DNA of 64,000 nucleotides from Longimicrobiales bacterium (GTDB lineage: Bacteria > Gemmatimonadota > Gemmatimonadetes > Longimicrobiales > Gaopeijiaceae), in contig CBDANQ010000040.1 of NCBI GenBank assembly GCA_965197725.1, forward strand, positions 11,709-75,708, read 5' to 3'. Position 1 is the first letter of the stretch. Every line of letters begins with the position of its first letter. Below, in pieces: positions 50,639 through 60,529 of the stretch. Under the pieces are notes generated by a model, which was not told the origin of the DNA, ran no database searches, and saw only the letters and a program-made list of their open reading frames with translations. The position numbers were made by a program, and so were the translations under genes.

Positions 50639-51384
50639 CGCACCACCCCCCACGCGGCGATTGATGCGATCGCGGTAACGGTGGCAATCGCTGCCGGCCT
50701 CCAGACGCGATGCCCGACGAGGAGCCCCGCCACAAAGCAGACGATCGCCGCAACGAGCCAGAGGAGACCGGCGTCGCCCAGTCCCCCCCGGCCGGCCAGC
50801 ACCACCCCCGCGAGTACGCCGACGAGCAGCGACGCGATCGACCTGATCCGCTCGCCCAGTTGCGCCAATCGCGCTTCGCTGAGTGTGCGAGCCACGTCGC
50901 GCCCGTCGCGGAGCCCGCTGCGGAAGCCCCAGACGCGCAGCGCCAGGTGGCCCGCGTTGTAGAGGCCGAGAAAGAGCCCCACGACCACCCAGACGGGGAG
51001 CCCGATCCACCACAGCGTCAAGGCTGTCATGGAGACCGTGGGTAACCAAGCCGCCCAGACGAGGGAATCGCCGAGGCCGCCTAGTGGCCCTCGAACGGCG
51101 GTCTTGAATCGGCGCACCGTCTGTGCATCGGCGCCATCCGCCTCGAGCCTGAGCGCGGCACCTAGTGCGACGTTCGCCAGATACGGGTGCGCGTTGAAGT
51201 GATCCAGGTGACGTCGCACGGAGGCGTCCATGGCCTGTGCATCGTCATCGAATATTCGCCTCAGACCGGGCAGCATCGCAAAGGCGAACCCCGTACCGAG
51301 CATCGTGTGGTAGTTCCACGAGCCCTGGACCAGGAACGAACGCATGAAGGTCGACGTGATGGCGCGACGCGAGAGGGCGCTCAC
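50635..51384 (-). CDS. PTS mannose-family IID component
   Basis: QGSWNY, HLDHFNAHPY, GPLGGLGDSLVW. Confidence 0.93.
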   Translation of the reverse strand: MSALSRRAITSTFMRSFLVQGSWNYHTMLGTGFAFAMLPGLRRIFDDDAQAMDASVRRHLDHFNAHPYLANVALGAALRLEADGADAQTVRRFKTAVRGPLGGLGDSLVWAAWLPTVSMTALTLWWIGLPVWVVVGLFLGLYNAGHLALRVWGFRSGLRDGRDVARTLSEARLAQLGERIRSIASLLVGVLAGVVLAGRGGLGDAGLLWLVAAIVCFVAGLLVGHRVWRPAAIATVTAIASIAAWGVVR

Positions 51385-52040
51385 AGGAGCCGTACCCCCA
51401 CGATGCCCAAAGCAAGACCCGCGACGAAGAGCACGCGGCGCTCCCGGAAGCCGCCGAGGTCATGGAGCAGAATTCCCGCCGACACCGCGGCGCCCACGAG
51501 CACCAGAGCGAAGGACTCGCGTTCCCCGAGCGGCCACGGCGCGCTGACCCGTGCAACCACCACGCCCCCGATGGCGACACCGGTCCCCGTAATCAGGACC
51601 CCGCGTATGAAGTCGAGCCCGACCGCGGCGAGGTGAGCGGTCGCTATTCGTGCGGCGCCCGCGCGGGAGTCGGCGGGCTCCGGCACGATGAAGCCATTCG
51701 TTTTTCGCAGCGCAGTGATCGAGAAGCCCCCGACCTGCCCCCACAACAGACCGACCGCGATCGCGACGGGGAACGCCCCCGGTGCGCTGGACGCCGACGC
51801 GGTCGCCACGGCGACGACCGTCGCGGTCGTGCCTTCCGGGAAACGCGCGCCGCCGCTGGGAAAAGAGACGAGCAGATACAGCTCGAGCAACGTCCCGACC
51901 AAGAGGCCGAGCGCCGGATCCCCGAGCATCCAACCGGTGAGCGCGCCAGCGACGAGGGGCCGGGACAGCATGAATTGCCCGACCGACGTCGCGTCCAGCG
52001 CCAGGCCTCCGCCTAGGAGGGCGATCAGAGCAAGTTCCAT
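51381..52040 (-). CDS. PTS mannose-family IIC component
   Basis: QFMLSRPLVAG, GTLLEL; hydrophobic; position in operon. Confidence 0.9.
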   Translation of the reverse strand: MELALIALLGGGLALDATSVGQFMLSRPLVAGALTGWMLGDPALGLLVGTLLELYLLVSFPSGGARFPEGTTATVVAVATASASSAPGAFPVAIAVGLLWGQVGGFSITALRKTNGFIVPEPADSRAGAARIATAHLAAVGLDFIRGVLITGTGVAIGGVVVARVSAPWPLGERESFALVLVGAAVSAGILLHDLGGFRERRVLFVAGLALGIVGVRLL

Positions 52041-52519
52041 CAGCTTTCCAGGAGTGTTTCGAGCGGAACCCGGTGAGAGTCGGGCAGATCGCGGGCGCTT
52101 ACCTCCACACCCGCCGCGGCGAGATTCACGAGGTGGTCTACGTCCTCGGGCGTCAAGTGGAGATAGGTGAGCAGCTCACGCCTGCCGGGGCCGTGGTGGA
52201 TTCCGCCCAGATTCACTACTTCCCCTGACAGCATCGCACCCGCGCCGAGACGCCACATGGTCGTGACGTCCCGCGTGAGTAGGATGGTCCGCTGCGGGTC
52301 ATCACGCCACGCGGATAGCCGGTCGCGCGCGTCCTCCGCGGTCGCGAAGACGACTTGGGCTGTACCGGCACCGAGGCGATACAGGTCCTGCTCCCAATCA
52401 CTCCCGGCGAGGTCGTCGTCGACGACCGCATATCGGTCGGGACGTAGCTGATGGCCCCACCCGATGACCACCTGACCGTGGATCAGACGCTCGTCGACCC
52501 TGAAGAGGACGATGGCCAT
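52040..52519 (-). CDS. PTS mannose/sorbose-family IIB component
   Basis: RVDERLIHGQV, VNLGG. Confidence 0.94.
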   Translation of the reverse strand: MAIVLFRVDERLIHGQVVIGWGHQLRPDRYAVVDDDLAGSDWEQDLYRLGAGTAQVVFATAEDARDRLSAWRDDPQRTILLTRDVTTMWRLGAGAMLSGEVVNLGGIHHGPGRRELLTYLHLTPEDVDHLVNLAAAGVEVSARDLPDSHRVPLETLLES

Positions 52520-52528
52520 TCTCTACCG

Positions 52529-52924
52529 TCACTCGGTCGCTGGGATCGTTGCGATCGATGCACGGCCGCTCTCCAACAGGCGCGGTACCAGCTGTTCGAG
52601 CGGCAACCCACGATTGAACACGAAATCGAGCAGCATGGGCAGGTTGACCCCGGAAACGACGACCCTGCGCACGGAGTCCCGGCAGCACGCCAGGGCGGCC
52701 AGACCGCAGCTACCCGACCGCAGGTCGACGAAGACAACCGACCTGGAGTCCCCCACCATGCCGTCGAGCTCTCTCTTCAGCTGCTCGGGGTCCTTCCCGT
52801 CGTTCGAGAGAGGAGCGAGGCAGTCAGCGATGCTGCCGGTGATACGCCGAGCCGCGTCGACCAGCCCCTGGGCCATCGCTCCGTGTCCCACAACGACTCC
52901 GAGGGCGGCCTCCGCCTCACTCAT
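52529..52924 (-). CDS. PTS mannose-family IIA component
   Basis: VVVGHG, FVDLRSGS, GVNLPMLL. Confidence 0.92.
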   Translation of the reverse strand: MSEAEAALGVVVGHGAMAQGLVDAARRITGSIADCLAPLSNDGKDPEQLKRELDGMVGDSRSVVFVDLRSGSCGLAALACCRDSVRRVVVSGVNLPMLLDFVFNRGLPLEQLVPRLLESGRASIATIPATE

Positions 52925-53891
52925 AGTCCGGCTCCAGGGACTGCTTGAGCTTCTCGTCGAAGATTTGGGCCGAGTTCACCCCGGCGACCCGCAGCAGATG
53001 GTTCATCGCCACGACCTCCGACACTACCGTGATGTTCTTTCCGGGGTTGAGTGGCACGGTAACCTTCGGTACCGACACCCCGAGAATGTCCTCGTATTCG
53101 TCTTCGAGGCCGGTGCGGGAGTACTCCCGGTGCTTATCCCACGTGTCCAGAGAGACGATCACCTCGATCCTCTTCTGCTGACGGATCGCGCGCGCGCCGA
53201 AGAGTGCCAGGACGTCGATGATGCCGATGCCCCGGATCTCCATGTGGTGCTTCTGGATCTCGTGTCCCCGTCCGATGAGCACGTCGTTTCCCTGCTTGGA
53301 GGCGAGCACGAGGTCGTCCGCGACGAGGCGGTGCCCGCGCTCCACCAGGTCGAGCACGCATTCGCTCTTTCCCACGCCGCTGTCGCCGACGAAGAGCAGG
53401 CCGACCCCGTACACGTCGGCGAGCGAGCCGTGCAGCGTCGTGGTCGGTGCCAGCGTGAGCTCGAGAAAAGGCTTGATGCGCCGGTAGAACTCCGTGGTCG
53501 ACACGCCGCAACGGAGAACGGGGACACCCGCGGCGGCGGCTTCCTCGAGAAAGTACCGCGAGACCCGCTGACCCTTCGTGACGAAGACCGCCGGCACGTC
53601 GAAGGTGAAGAGAGCCGCGAGCCGGCTGCGAGCATCCGCCTCGGGGAGCGCCGCGAGGTAGCTCATCTCCGTTTCGCCGAACACCCACATACGTCCACGA
53701 GGCGTACGCGTGGTGTGGCCGGCGAGCGCGAGGCCCGGCGATGTGACGTCGGGATCCGATGCCCCACGATCGAGCGACGTGGCTCCGGTGAGGACCTCGA
53801 GTCCCAATGTCTGCTGCTTGGCTGCCAGGATCTCCCGGACCGGAACGCTCTTCGGGGTCAGTGCGGTCTCACTTCTCGAACACCCTTCCAA
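52917..53891 (-). CDS. hprK: HPr kinase/phosphorylase
   Basis: GDSGVGKSE, LVADD, MEIRGIGII. Confidence 0.97.
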   Translation of the reverse strand: MEGCSRSETALTPKSVPVREILAAKQQTLGLEVLTGATSLDRGASDPDVTSPGLALAGHTTRTPRGRMWVFGETEMSYLAALPEADARSRLAALFTFDVPAVFVTKGQRVSRYFLEEAAAAGVPVLRCGVSTTEFYRRIKPFLELTLAPTTTLHGSLADVYGVGLLFVGDSGVGKSECVLDLVERGHRLVADDLVLASKQGNDVLIGRGHEIQKHHMEIRGIGIIDVLALFGARAIRQQKRIEVIVSLDTWDKHREYSRTGLEDEYEDILGVSVPKVTVPLNPGKNITVVSEVVAMNHLLRVAGVNSAQIFDEKLKQSLEPDYE

Positions 53892-53906
53892 TGAGGGTGG
53901 GACGCT

Positions 53907-54242
53907 TCAAGACGGCTCAGCTTCACGTGTGCCCTCAGGGAGCGGCGGTGCCCAGTGATCGCGATGCTGCTGTCGCTCTCGCTTCAACATGCGCGCGATC
54001 CGGGCGATCGCTTTGTCGAGCGCGGACCTGAACTCACGCTCCTCGGCATGCGCCACGACAGGCTCTGCGCCGTCGACGTGGAGGACCACCTCGACCTTCC
54101 TCATGTGCTTTTTTTCTGTGTAGGTCACTTCTGCCGAGGCGACGCGGGGATCGTACCGGCTCAGCTTTTGAATCTGCGCCTCGGTACGGCTGAGCAGAGC
54201 GTCCGGGACGTTGCAGTGCCGTGTCAAGATCTGGACTCTCAC
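53907..54242 (-). CDS. hpf: Ribosome hibernation factor (HPF/RaiA)
   Basis: VQILTRH..FRSALDKAIARIARMLKR; conserved position before hprK. Confidence 0.85.
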   Translation of the reverse strand: MRVQILTRHCNVPDALLSRTEAQIQKLSRYDPRVASAEVTYTEKKHMRKVEVVLHVDGAEPVVAHAEEREFRSALDKAIARIARMLKRERQQHRDHWAPPLPEGTREAEPS

Positions 54243-54287
54243 GAGAACCTCCCGAAAGGATCGTTAGGAGACCGCCCTCCAAAAAAA

Positions 54288-55427
54288 CTAGCCGAGCGCC
54301 GATCCGGCCACCACCCGACGGAGGAACGCCTCCATCTGATCCGCGGATGCGTCCCACGAGTACTGTTCCGCGAAGCTCCGCGCCTGTCGGCCCATCGCCC
54401 GCCGCCGCTCGTCATCGTTGATCAGCGACGCGATCGAGTTGGCGAGTGCGCGCACGTCCCCGTGAGGCACCAGCAGCCCGGTCTCTCCGTCCACGACGCT
54501 TTCGCGGAGACCGGGGGCGTCGCTCGCTACGCTGGGTGTGGCACAGGCGCTCGCCTCCATGATCGAGATGCCCCACCCCTCGTTCGGCGATGTCAGCGCG
54601 TGCAGCCAAGACGTTCGGAACAGATCCAACTTCTCCTCCTCCTCCACGAAACCCAGGAAGCGCACCCTGTCCGCCAGGCCGAGGGCGCGTGCGACCCTCT
54701 CGAGTCGCGGACGATCGTTGCCGCTTCCCCCCACTCGGAGCGTCACCCCCAAGCCTTCGGAGTCGAGCAGAGCTACCGCACGCATGAGAAGGTCAACGCG
54801 CTTGTACTTCTTCAAGCGCCCGAGGTAAAGCAGAGAAGGCTTCGCCGTTTGGGCGCCGTCGGCGTGGGGGGAATAGCGCTCCAGATCGATCCCGTTCCGA
54901 ATCACTTCGATGCGGCTCGTGTCGAGCCCTCTGCGTCCGAGGTCCTCGCGAGTGCTCGCTGACACGGCGATGGTGGGTGTGGTCCGGAAGACGAGCGGGA
55001 TCGGCCGTTCGAGCAACCATGTCGCTGCCGCCACCGGGAACAAGGCCTCCTGGAATGCGGTCGCGCCGAAGAGATGGTGGACCAACGCAACCACCGGTGT
55101 GCGCGTCCAGTACCGCGTGAAGAGGGGGACCTTGTTCAGGTCCTCGACGACGACGTCGAAGGGTCTGTCCCACAGCTGACGCCGGAAGTATCGAGGTGCC
55201 GCGAGCGAGAACGTGTAGCGCGCACCGGTACGGTGGACTTCGATCCCATCAAGCTCGGCGCGGGGACCGCAGCCCTTCCAACCGGAGGCCAGGAGAGTGA
55301 TCTCATGGCCGCGTTGCGCGAGACGCCCGAACGTCTCGTGGAGGTGCGCCTCTGCTCCTCCGGCCTGCGGGTTTTGCCGGTCGAGCCAATTCACGACCAG
55401 GATGCGCATCGGCGCGGTTCGGCTCAC
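54288..55427 (-). CDS. Glycosyltransferase family 4
   Basis: GGAEAH, YLGRLKKYK, EGWGISIMEA, GETGLL. Confidence 0.93.
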   Translation of the reverse strand: MSRTAPMRILVVNWLDRQNPQAGGAEAHLHETFGRLAQRGHEITLLASGWKGCGPRAELDGIEVHRTGARYTFSLAAPRYFRRQLWDRPFDVVVEDLNKVPLFTRYWTRTPVVALVHHLFGATAFQEALFPVAAATWLLERPIPLVFRTTPTIAVSASTREDLGRRGLDTSRIEVIRNGIDLERYSPHADGAQTAKPSLLYLGRLKKYKRVDLLMRAVALLDSEGLGVTLRVGGSGNDRPRLERVARALGLADRVRFLGFVEEEEKLDLFRTSWLHALTSPNEGWGISIMEASACATPSVASDAPGLRESVVDGETGLLVPHGDVRALANSIASLINDDERRRAMGRQARSFAEQYSWDASADQMEAFLRRVVAGSALG

Positions 55428-55879
55428 GACGGATGACCTTCATGCCTCTTGAAGAGTGCGTCGAGCACGCCGTTCACGAACCGCGGCGAGTCCGGGCCGC
55501 CGTACGCTTCCGCGAGCCGAATCGCTTCCTGGATCGAGACCTTCGGGGGAACCCCCTCGATGTACAGAATCTCGACGGCTCCGATGCGAAGGATCGCGCG
55601 ATCGATCTTCGAGACCCGCTCGAGCCTCCAGTTGTCCAGCGCGCTCGCCACGGTCGCATCCACTTCATCGAGATGTTCATCGAGTAGCCCGAGCACCGAG
55701 CAGATGTACGGAAGTCTGCGAGGCGAGATTCTCCGAGTCGCGACGGTATCCACGAGCGCGTCTCGAAGGCTCCCGTCGAAACTCGCGCTTTCCCATCGGT
55801 AGTGGATCTGAAGCAACCACGCGCGCGCCCGGCTCCGATCGATGCGCTCGGCGAGCCCGAGGCGTTCGGTTTCCCTCAC
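55424..55879 (-). CDS. nusB: Transcription antitermination factor NusB
   Basis: RSRAR, NWRLER..DRAILR, FVNGVLD. GTG start at 55879. Confidence 0.95.
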   Translation of the reverse strand: MRETERLGLAERIDRSRARAWLLQIHYRWESASFDGSLRDALVDTVATRRISPRRLPYICSVLGLLDEHLDEVDATVASALDNWRLERVSKIDRAILRIGAVEILYIEGVPPKVSIQEAIRLAEAYGGPDSPRFVNGVLDALFKRHEGHPS

Positions 55880-55889
55880 CGACCGCTCA

Positions 55890-56109
55890 GAAGGGTGATC
55901 GGAAAGGGAGATGGGACCGTGCCACCGCAACCCACACACTCGTTTGTCCTTTCAGCCATGGCGTTGGGCACATGGCGACCAACGCTTCACGTCGGTGCCC
56001 GCAAGGCTACGACTCCCCGTCGTTCCTTGCCTGAACGCGCGCAAGCGCGGGGCACCCACGCCGTATGGCGTGGGTCGCGCGGCCCACTCCCCTTTTCCGA
56101 TCACCCTTC
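55890..56109. mobile_element. 220-bp MITE between ribH and nusB
   Basis: Perfect 16-bp terminal IR GAAGGGTGATCGGAAA, imperfect to about 30 bp. CA on both flanks. No coding capacity. Confidence 0.82.
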
Positions 56110-56589
56110 CAGAGCCCTGTACACAGCAACCATCTCGAGTGCGGCAAGCGCGGCCTCATACCCCTTGTTGTCCTTCCCATCTCCCGCGCGAGACAGCGCC
56201 TGTGCGTGATCGTCCGTGGTCAATACGCCGAAAAGCACGGGAATCGATGCCGAGCGGGCCACTGCGCCCAAGCCCGCCGAAGCCTCCGCACACACGTAGT
56301 CGAAGTGGGGCGTGTCACCGCGGATCACACAGCCCAGCGCCACGATCGCGTCGTGCCGATCGAGCTGGGCGATGCGGGCAGCCGTCGGCGGTAGCTCCCA
56401 CGCTCCCGGCACGTGAAAGACCTCCAGGTCGTCGCGCACGCCGCCGTGCTCCTCGAGGCAGGCGAGCGCGCCCCTCAGAAGACGGTCCGTGATGTCGGCG
56501 TTGAACCGACTCACCACGATCGCGAGCCGGAGCCCGGCTGCGTGCAATGAACCTCTCGAGTTGTCGACGAAGGAACCGTCGGTGCTCAC
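56101..56589 (-). CDS. ribH: 6,7-dimethyl-8-ribityllumazine synthase
   Basis: VSRFN, VPGAWELP, GCVIRGDTPHFDYV, NKGYEAA. Confidence 0.97.
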   Translation of the reverse strand: MSTDGSFVDNSRGSLHAAGLRLAIVVSRFNADITDRLLRGALACLEEHGGVRDDLEVFHVPGAWELPPTAARIAQLDRHDAIVALGCVIRGDTPHFDYVCAEASAGLGAVARSASIPVLFGVLTTDDHAQALSRAGDGKDNKGYEAALAALEMVAVYRALEG

Positions 56590-57785
56590 AGGAGGTGTCC
56601 GAGCTTCGCGCGCTTGGTCTCGAGGTACCGCTCGTTGTGCTCGCTCGGCTCTACCAGGAGAGCTTCGCGACCGGTGATCTCGATGTCGTAGCCGTCGAGG
56701 CCGACGATCTTGCGGGGGTTGTTCGTCAGCAGCCGGATCGAGTGCAGCCCGAGATCTAGGAGGATTTGCGCGCCGATGCCGTAGTCGCGGAGGTCGGGCC
56801 TGAAGCCGAGCTGGCGGTTGGCCTCGACCGTGTCCATGCCTTCGTCCTGCAACTCATAGGCCTTGAGCTTGTTGACGAGGCCGATGCCGCGGCCCTCCTG
56901 GCGCAGATAGACGATGGCGCCCTGCCCCTCTTCTTCGATCTGACGCATCGCGGCAGCCAACTGCTCTCCGCAATCACACCGCGCGGAGCCGAAGACGTCC
57001 CCCGTCATGCACTCGGAGTGCATGCGCACCAGCACGTTTCCCTTCCCAGTGATGTCGCCCTTCACGAGCGCGAGATGCTCGCGCTGGTCGAGGATGCTCT
57101 CATACGCGAAGACCCGGAATTCCCCGAAGCGCGTCGGCAGTGCGGCTTGGGCCATGCGTCGGACGATGCGCGTCTTCGTCAGCCGATACGCCACGAGCTG
57201 AGCGACAGTGATGAACTTGAGCTCGTGTTCTTGGGCGAAGGCCTCGAGTTCGGGACGACGCGCCATCGTGCCGTCTTCGTTGAGGATCTCGCAGATGACG
57301 CCAACAGGGGGAAGCCCCGCGAGCGTGGCGAGATCGACAGAGGCTTCGGTTTGGCCGACCCGTCGCAAGACGCCACCGGGCTTGGCTCGGAGCGGGAACA
57401 TATGTCCGGGGCGGCGGAGGTCACCGGGCACGGTGTCGGGGTTTGTCAGGACTTCGATCGTCTTGGCGCGGTCGTGCGCGCTGATCCCGGTCGTGACCCC
57501 GAAGCGCTGGTGGGCGTCGACCGCGATCGTGAACGCAGTCCCCTGGGGATCGGTGTTCCGGTCGGCCATGGGTGGAAGATCGAGCTCGTCTGCGCGCTCA
57601 GGCGTGAGGGTCACGCAGATGAGGCCGCCCGCGTGCTTGCGCATGAAGTTCACGTGGTCGGGCGTGACCATCGCCGCGGCCATTACCAAGTCGCCCTCGT
57701 TCTCTCGATCTTCGTCGTCCGCCACGATGACCATCCGCCCCAGGCGGATTTCCTCAATGGCTTCTACGACGCGGTCGAGCTTCAT
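56586..57785 (-). CDS. ribBA: Bifunctional DHBP synthase/GTP cyclohydrolase II
   Basis: DDEDRENEGD, RMHSECMTGD, RCDCG, QEGRGIGL. Confidence 0.97.
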   Translation of the reverse strand: MKLDRVVEAIEEIRLGRMVIVADDEDRENEGDLVMAAAMVTPDHVNFMRKHAGGLICVTLTPERADELDLPPMADRNTDPQGTAFTIAVDAHQRFGVTTGISAHDRAKTIEVLTNPDTVPGDLRRPGHMFPLRAKPGGVLRRVGQTEASVDLATLAGLPPVGVICEILNEDGTMARRPELEAFAQEHELKFITVAQLVAYRLTKTRIVRRMAQAALPTRFGEFRVFAYESILDQREHLALVKGDITGKGNVLVRMHSECMTGDVFGSARCDCGEQLAAAMRQIEEEGQGAIVYLRQEGRGIGLVNKLKAYELQDEGMDTVEANRQLGFRPDLRDYGIGAQILLDLGLHSIRLLTNNPRKIVGLDGYDIEITGREALLVEPSEHNERYLETKRAKLGHLL

Positions 57786-58399
57786 GATCTATTCCTCTCC
57801 GGGTCCCCGCGGCTCGCGAGGATTCTCTCGACGTATTTGCCGATCATGTCACCCTCGACGTTGACGGGTGTGCCGGACGTGAGGGTACCTAGATTCGTAT
57901 GCTGATACGTGAACGGAATCACCCCGATCCGGCAAACCCGATCCGGTAGCAGATCACTGACGGTGAGGCTTACCCCATTGAGCGTGATCGATCCGTGCAT
58001 TACGGTCACGTCGAACACCCCCGAGGGGACCTCGAAGTCCATCAGCCAGTACTCACCATCCTTCACAATATGAATCAGATGACCAATGCCATCTATATGT
58101 CCCTGAACGAGATGGCCGTCTACATGGTCTCCCAGCAGCATCGCTTGCTCGAGGTTGAGTCGCTGCCCTTCCTGGTAGGCCCCGGCGACGGTCCGTTCGA
58201 GCGTCGTACCGATGACATCGACCGTGAAGGTCGTCCGCTCGACGGCCGTGGCGGTCACGCACGCTCCGTCGACGGCGACCGAACTCCCGGCGCGGAGCTC
58301 GGAGGTGATGTCGGGCGCCTCTATCCAGAGCCTACGGGTCGAGTCCAGCTTCTCGATCCGAGCCAACGTGCCGGTACTCGTCACGATGCCTGTGAACAT
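57782..58399 (-). CDS. ribE: Riboflavin synthase
   Basis: MFTGIV, GHLVQGHIDG, GVSLTV. Confidence 0.96.
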   Translation of the reverse strand: MFTGIVTSTGTLARIEKLDSTRRLWIEAPDITSELRAGSSVAVDGACVTATAVERTTFTVDVIGTTLERTVAGAYQEGQRLNLEQAMLLGDHVDGHLVQGHIDGIGHLIHIVKDGEYWLMDFEVPSGVFDVTVMHGSITLNGVSLTVSDLLPDRVCRIGVIPFTYQHTNLGTLTSGTPVNVEGDMIGKYVERILASRGDPERNRS

Positions 58400-59553
58400 C
58401 AGCCTCCCTCCCTGTCCAGCACGATGAACGTATCGCGCCCGTGGGTCTGGGGAGCCAACGCCGGCGAGAAACCGCTCAAGTCCAGGGTCCCAGCTTCCTC
58501 AGAGAACGCGGATACACCTTGGGGGCCAAGAGTGATGGGCGCGATGATAAAGTAAAGTCGCTGCACACGGTCTTCCCGGAGAAGGCTCCCGGCCAGGCGC
58601 GCGCCGCCCTCACAAAGAATCGATTCGACGCCGATCTCCCAAGCGACGCTCAGAACCGCACCCAGATCGAGCCCGTGCGCGTCGTGCGGGACCGGGTGAA
58701 CCTGGGCGCCCGCGGATTCCAGCCGCTCGATGTCGCCCTCATCGAGGTCTTGGCGCGTGAATACGTGTACCGGTGCGTGCGCGACGTCCGCGAAAAGCGC
58801 CGCGTCTGCCGGTAGCATGCCGCGAGCGTCGAGGATAAGCCGCCGCACGGGGGTGCGGCCGGGGGGGACCATGCGCACCGTGAGGCGGGGATTGTCAGCC
58901 CGCACCGTGCCGCTCCCTACGAGCAGGCCGTCGAAACCCGTGCGGAGACGGTGTACCTCCCGCTCCGATTCCAGCCCACTGATGCGGGTGCGCTCACCCG
59001 GAGCCGAGGCGATGCGCCCGTCCAGGCTCATCGCCAACTTCAAGGCGACGTACGGAGCCTCGTGGGTCTGGGTGTGGAAGAACGCGGGATTCTCGGCGCG
59101 CCCGACCCGCTCACCCCACACCGGGCCTACCACCTCGACCCCGGCCCGGCGCAGCGCGTCAGCGCCTCCGCCGGCTCGGGCGCCCGGCTCGGCGACGCCG
59201 TAGATGACACGAGACACCCCCGCGCGCACGAGTGCATTCGCGCACGGAGGGGTCTTGCCATCGTGGTTGCACGGCTCGAGGCTCACAAAGGCGGTGGCAC
59301 CCTCAGCGCGACTGCGTGCTTCCTCGAGCGCGACGATCTCGGCGTGCGGTCCACCGAATTCACGGTGATACCCCTGCCCCACCAGACGTCCGTCACGCAC
59401 GATCACACAGCCCACGAGCGGATTGGGGTGCACACGCCCCCAGCCACGCCGCGCGAGTGTTCTTGCCCACTCGAGGTGGGCCTCGTCCTCGCGGGTGAGC
59501 CGTTCGTCGTGCATGGTCGGATCGTCCGTGGCCATCGGATCGTCCATGGCCAA
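58399..59553 (-). CDS. ribD: Riboflavin deaminase/reductase
   Basis: PNPLVG, HAE, LEPCNH..TPPC, MSLDG, CEGG. Confidence 0.96.
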   Translation of the reverse strand: MAMDDPMATDDPTMHDERLTREDEAHLEWARTLARRGWGRVHPNPLVGCVIVRDGRLVGQGYHREFGGPHAEIVALEEARSRAEGATAFVSLEPCNHDGKTPPCANALVRAGVSRVIYGVAEPGARAGGGADALRRAGVEVVGPVWGERVGRAENPAFFHTQTHEAPYVALKLAMSLDGRIASAPGERTRISGLESEREVHRLRTGFDGLLVGSGTVRADNPRLTVRMVPPGRTPVRRLILDARGMLPADAALFADVAHAPVHVFTRQDLDEGDIERLESAGAQVHPVPHDAHGLDLGAVLSVAWEIGVESILCEGGARLAGSLLREDRVQRLYFIIAPITLGPQGVSAFSEEAGTLDLSGFSPALAPQTHGRDTFIVLDREGG

Positions 59554-59560
59554 TAGAGTG

Positions 59561-60529
59561 CTAGATCGTCAGCCGCGCCGCGAGGCTCCCGAACAGGGAT
59601 CTCCGAGTCGGATCGAACTCCGCGCCGCTGTAGTCCGAGAGTGCCGAGAACCCCTTGGCCCACCCGAGCTCCGCCGACAGCTGCAACACCAGGAAGTTCA
59701 GCGACGCGCCCCCGAAGAAAAGAGGTCGGCTCGCTTTCAGCGGCGCCTCCACGGTGACGCTGCCGGTGACATCGTCCGCGACACCGACCCTTGCCTCCGT
59801 CGAATACGTGTCCCAGCCCGTGCCCAGGAGGAAGCCGACCGCGAAAAGGTCCTTCCCGACCGTCAGACGATACGAAGCGACGCTTGGGTCGACCTCTACC
59901 TCGGTGGGATCGCCGAGCGGGACGCTTGCCAGACGGACGACACCGAGCGACCTCCGCGAAGCGGAGATCGTGATGCCCGGCAGCGTGAAAGATTCCCGCA
60001 GGATGCCGAAGCGTGCGCCGAGAGAGAGTGAGCCAACCCGCCCGTCGAAGCTCTGCCCCTTCGGGAGGAAGACCATGCTCGACTGAGCGAGCAGGTCCAG
60101 CGACAGGAGCCCCCCCACGGTCGGCGTCAAGCGAAATCCGTCGAATACTCCGAGAGCCACGCTGCCGTGCAGCGTGGGTACGAAGAATCTGGCCTCCCTC
60201 GCTGGCGCGTTCTGGCGGTCCGTCAGGTCGGGCAGCCGCGCGTACAGACCGCCGGCGCGGATCGAGAGCGCGACTCGGGGCGTGCTACCGATCCGCCGGC
60301 CGAGCGTGGTCGGGCTTCCCGCGATCTCGGATCCGAGCCCAGCAAGCAGTCCGGTGTGCCCGAGCAGCGCCTGGGCCGCTATAGCCCCTTCGAGACACCG
60401 GGTTGCCGACGTGGGTGCAACCGACTGGCAACGGTCGGATAGGCTGGTCACGTCCTGCGCGGCGAGCCCCGGCGAGAAGGCGACCACCAGGGCGAGACCG
60501 CAGCAGGCGCTCCACGCAAGGTGGTGCAT
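59561..60529 (-). CDS. Hypothetical exported, probable outer-membrane protein
   Basis: Signal peptide from MHHLAW, amphipathic beta-like C-terminus; coupled to the purM stop. Confidence 0.75.
   Translation of the reverse strand: MHHLAWSACCGLALVVAFSPGLAAQDVTSLSDRCQSVAPTSATRCLEGAIAAQALLGHTGLLAGLGSEIAGSPTTLGRRIGSTPRVALSIRAGGLYARLPDLTDRQNAPAREARFFVPTLHGSVALGVFDGFRLTPTVGGLLSLDLLAQSSMVFLPKGQSFDGRVGSLSLGARFGILRESFTLPGITISASRRSLGVVRLASVPLGDPTEVEVDPSVASYRLTVGKDLFAVGFLLGTGWDTYSTEARVGVADDVTGSVTVEAPLKASRPLFFGGASLNFLVLQLSAELGWAKGFSALSDYSGAEFDPTRRSLFGSLAARLTI

Noticed and set aside
59515..59553. Short tandem duplication at the ribD start (MDDPMATDDPTM)
   Set aside because: Only two imperfect 18-bp units, probably a local duplication near an uncertain start codon.
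59553..59561. FMN riboswitch ahead of the rib genes
   Set aside because: There is no intergenic space; ribD directly follows the upstream gene.
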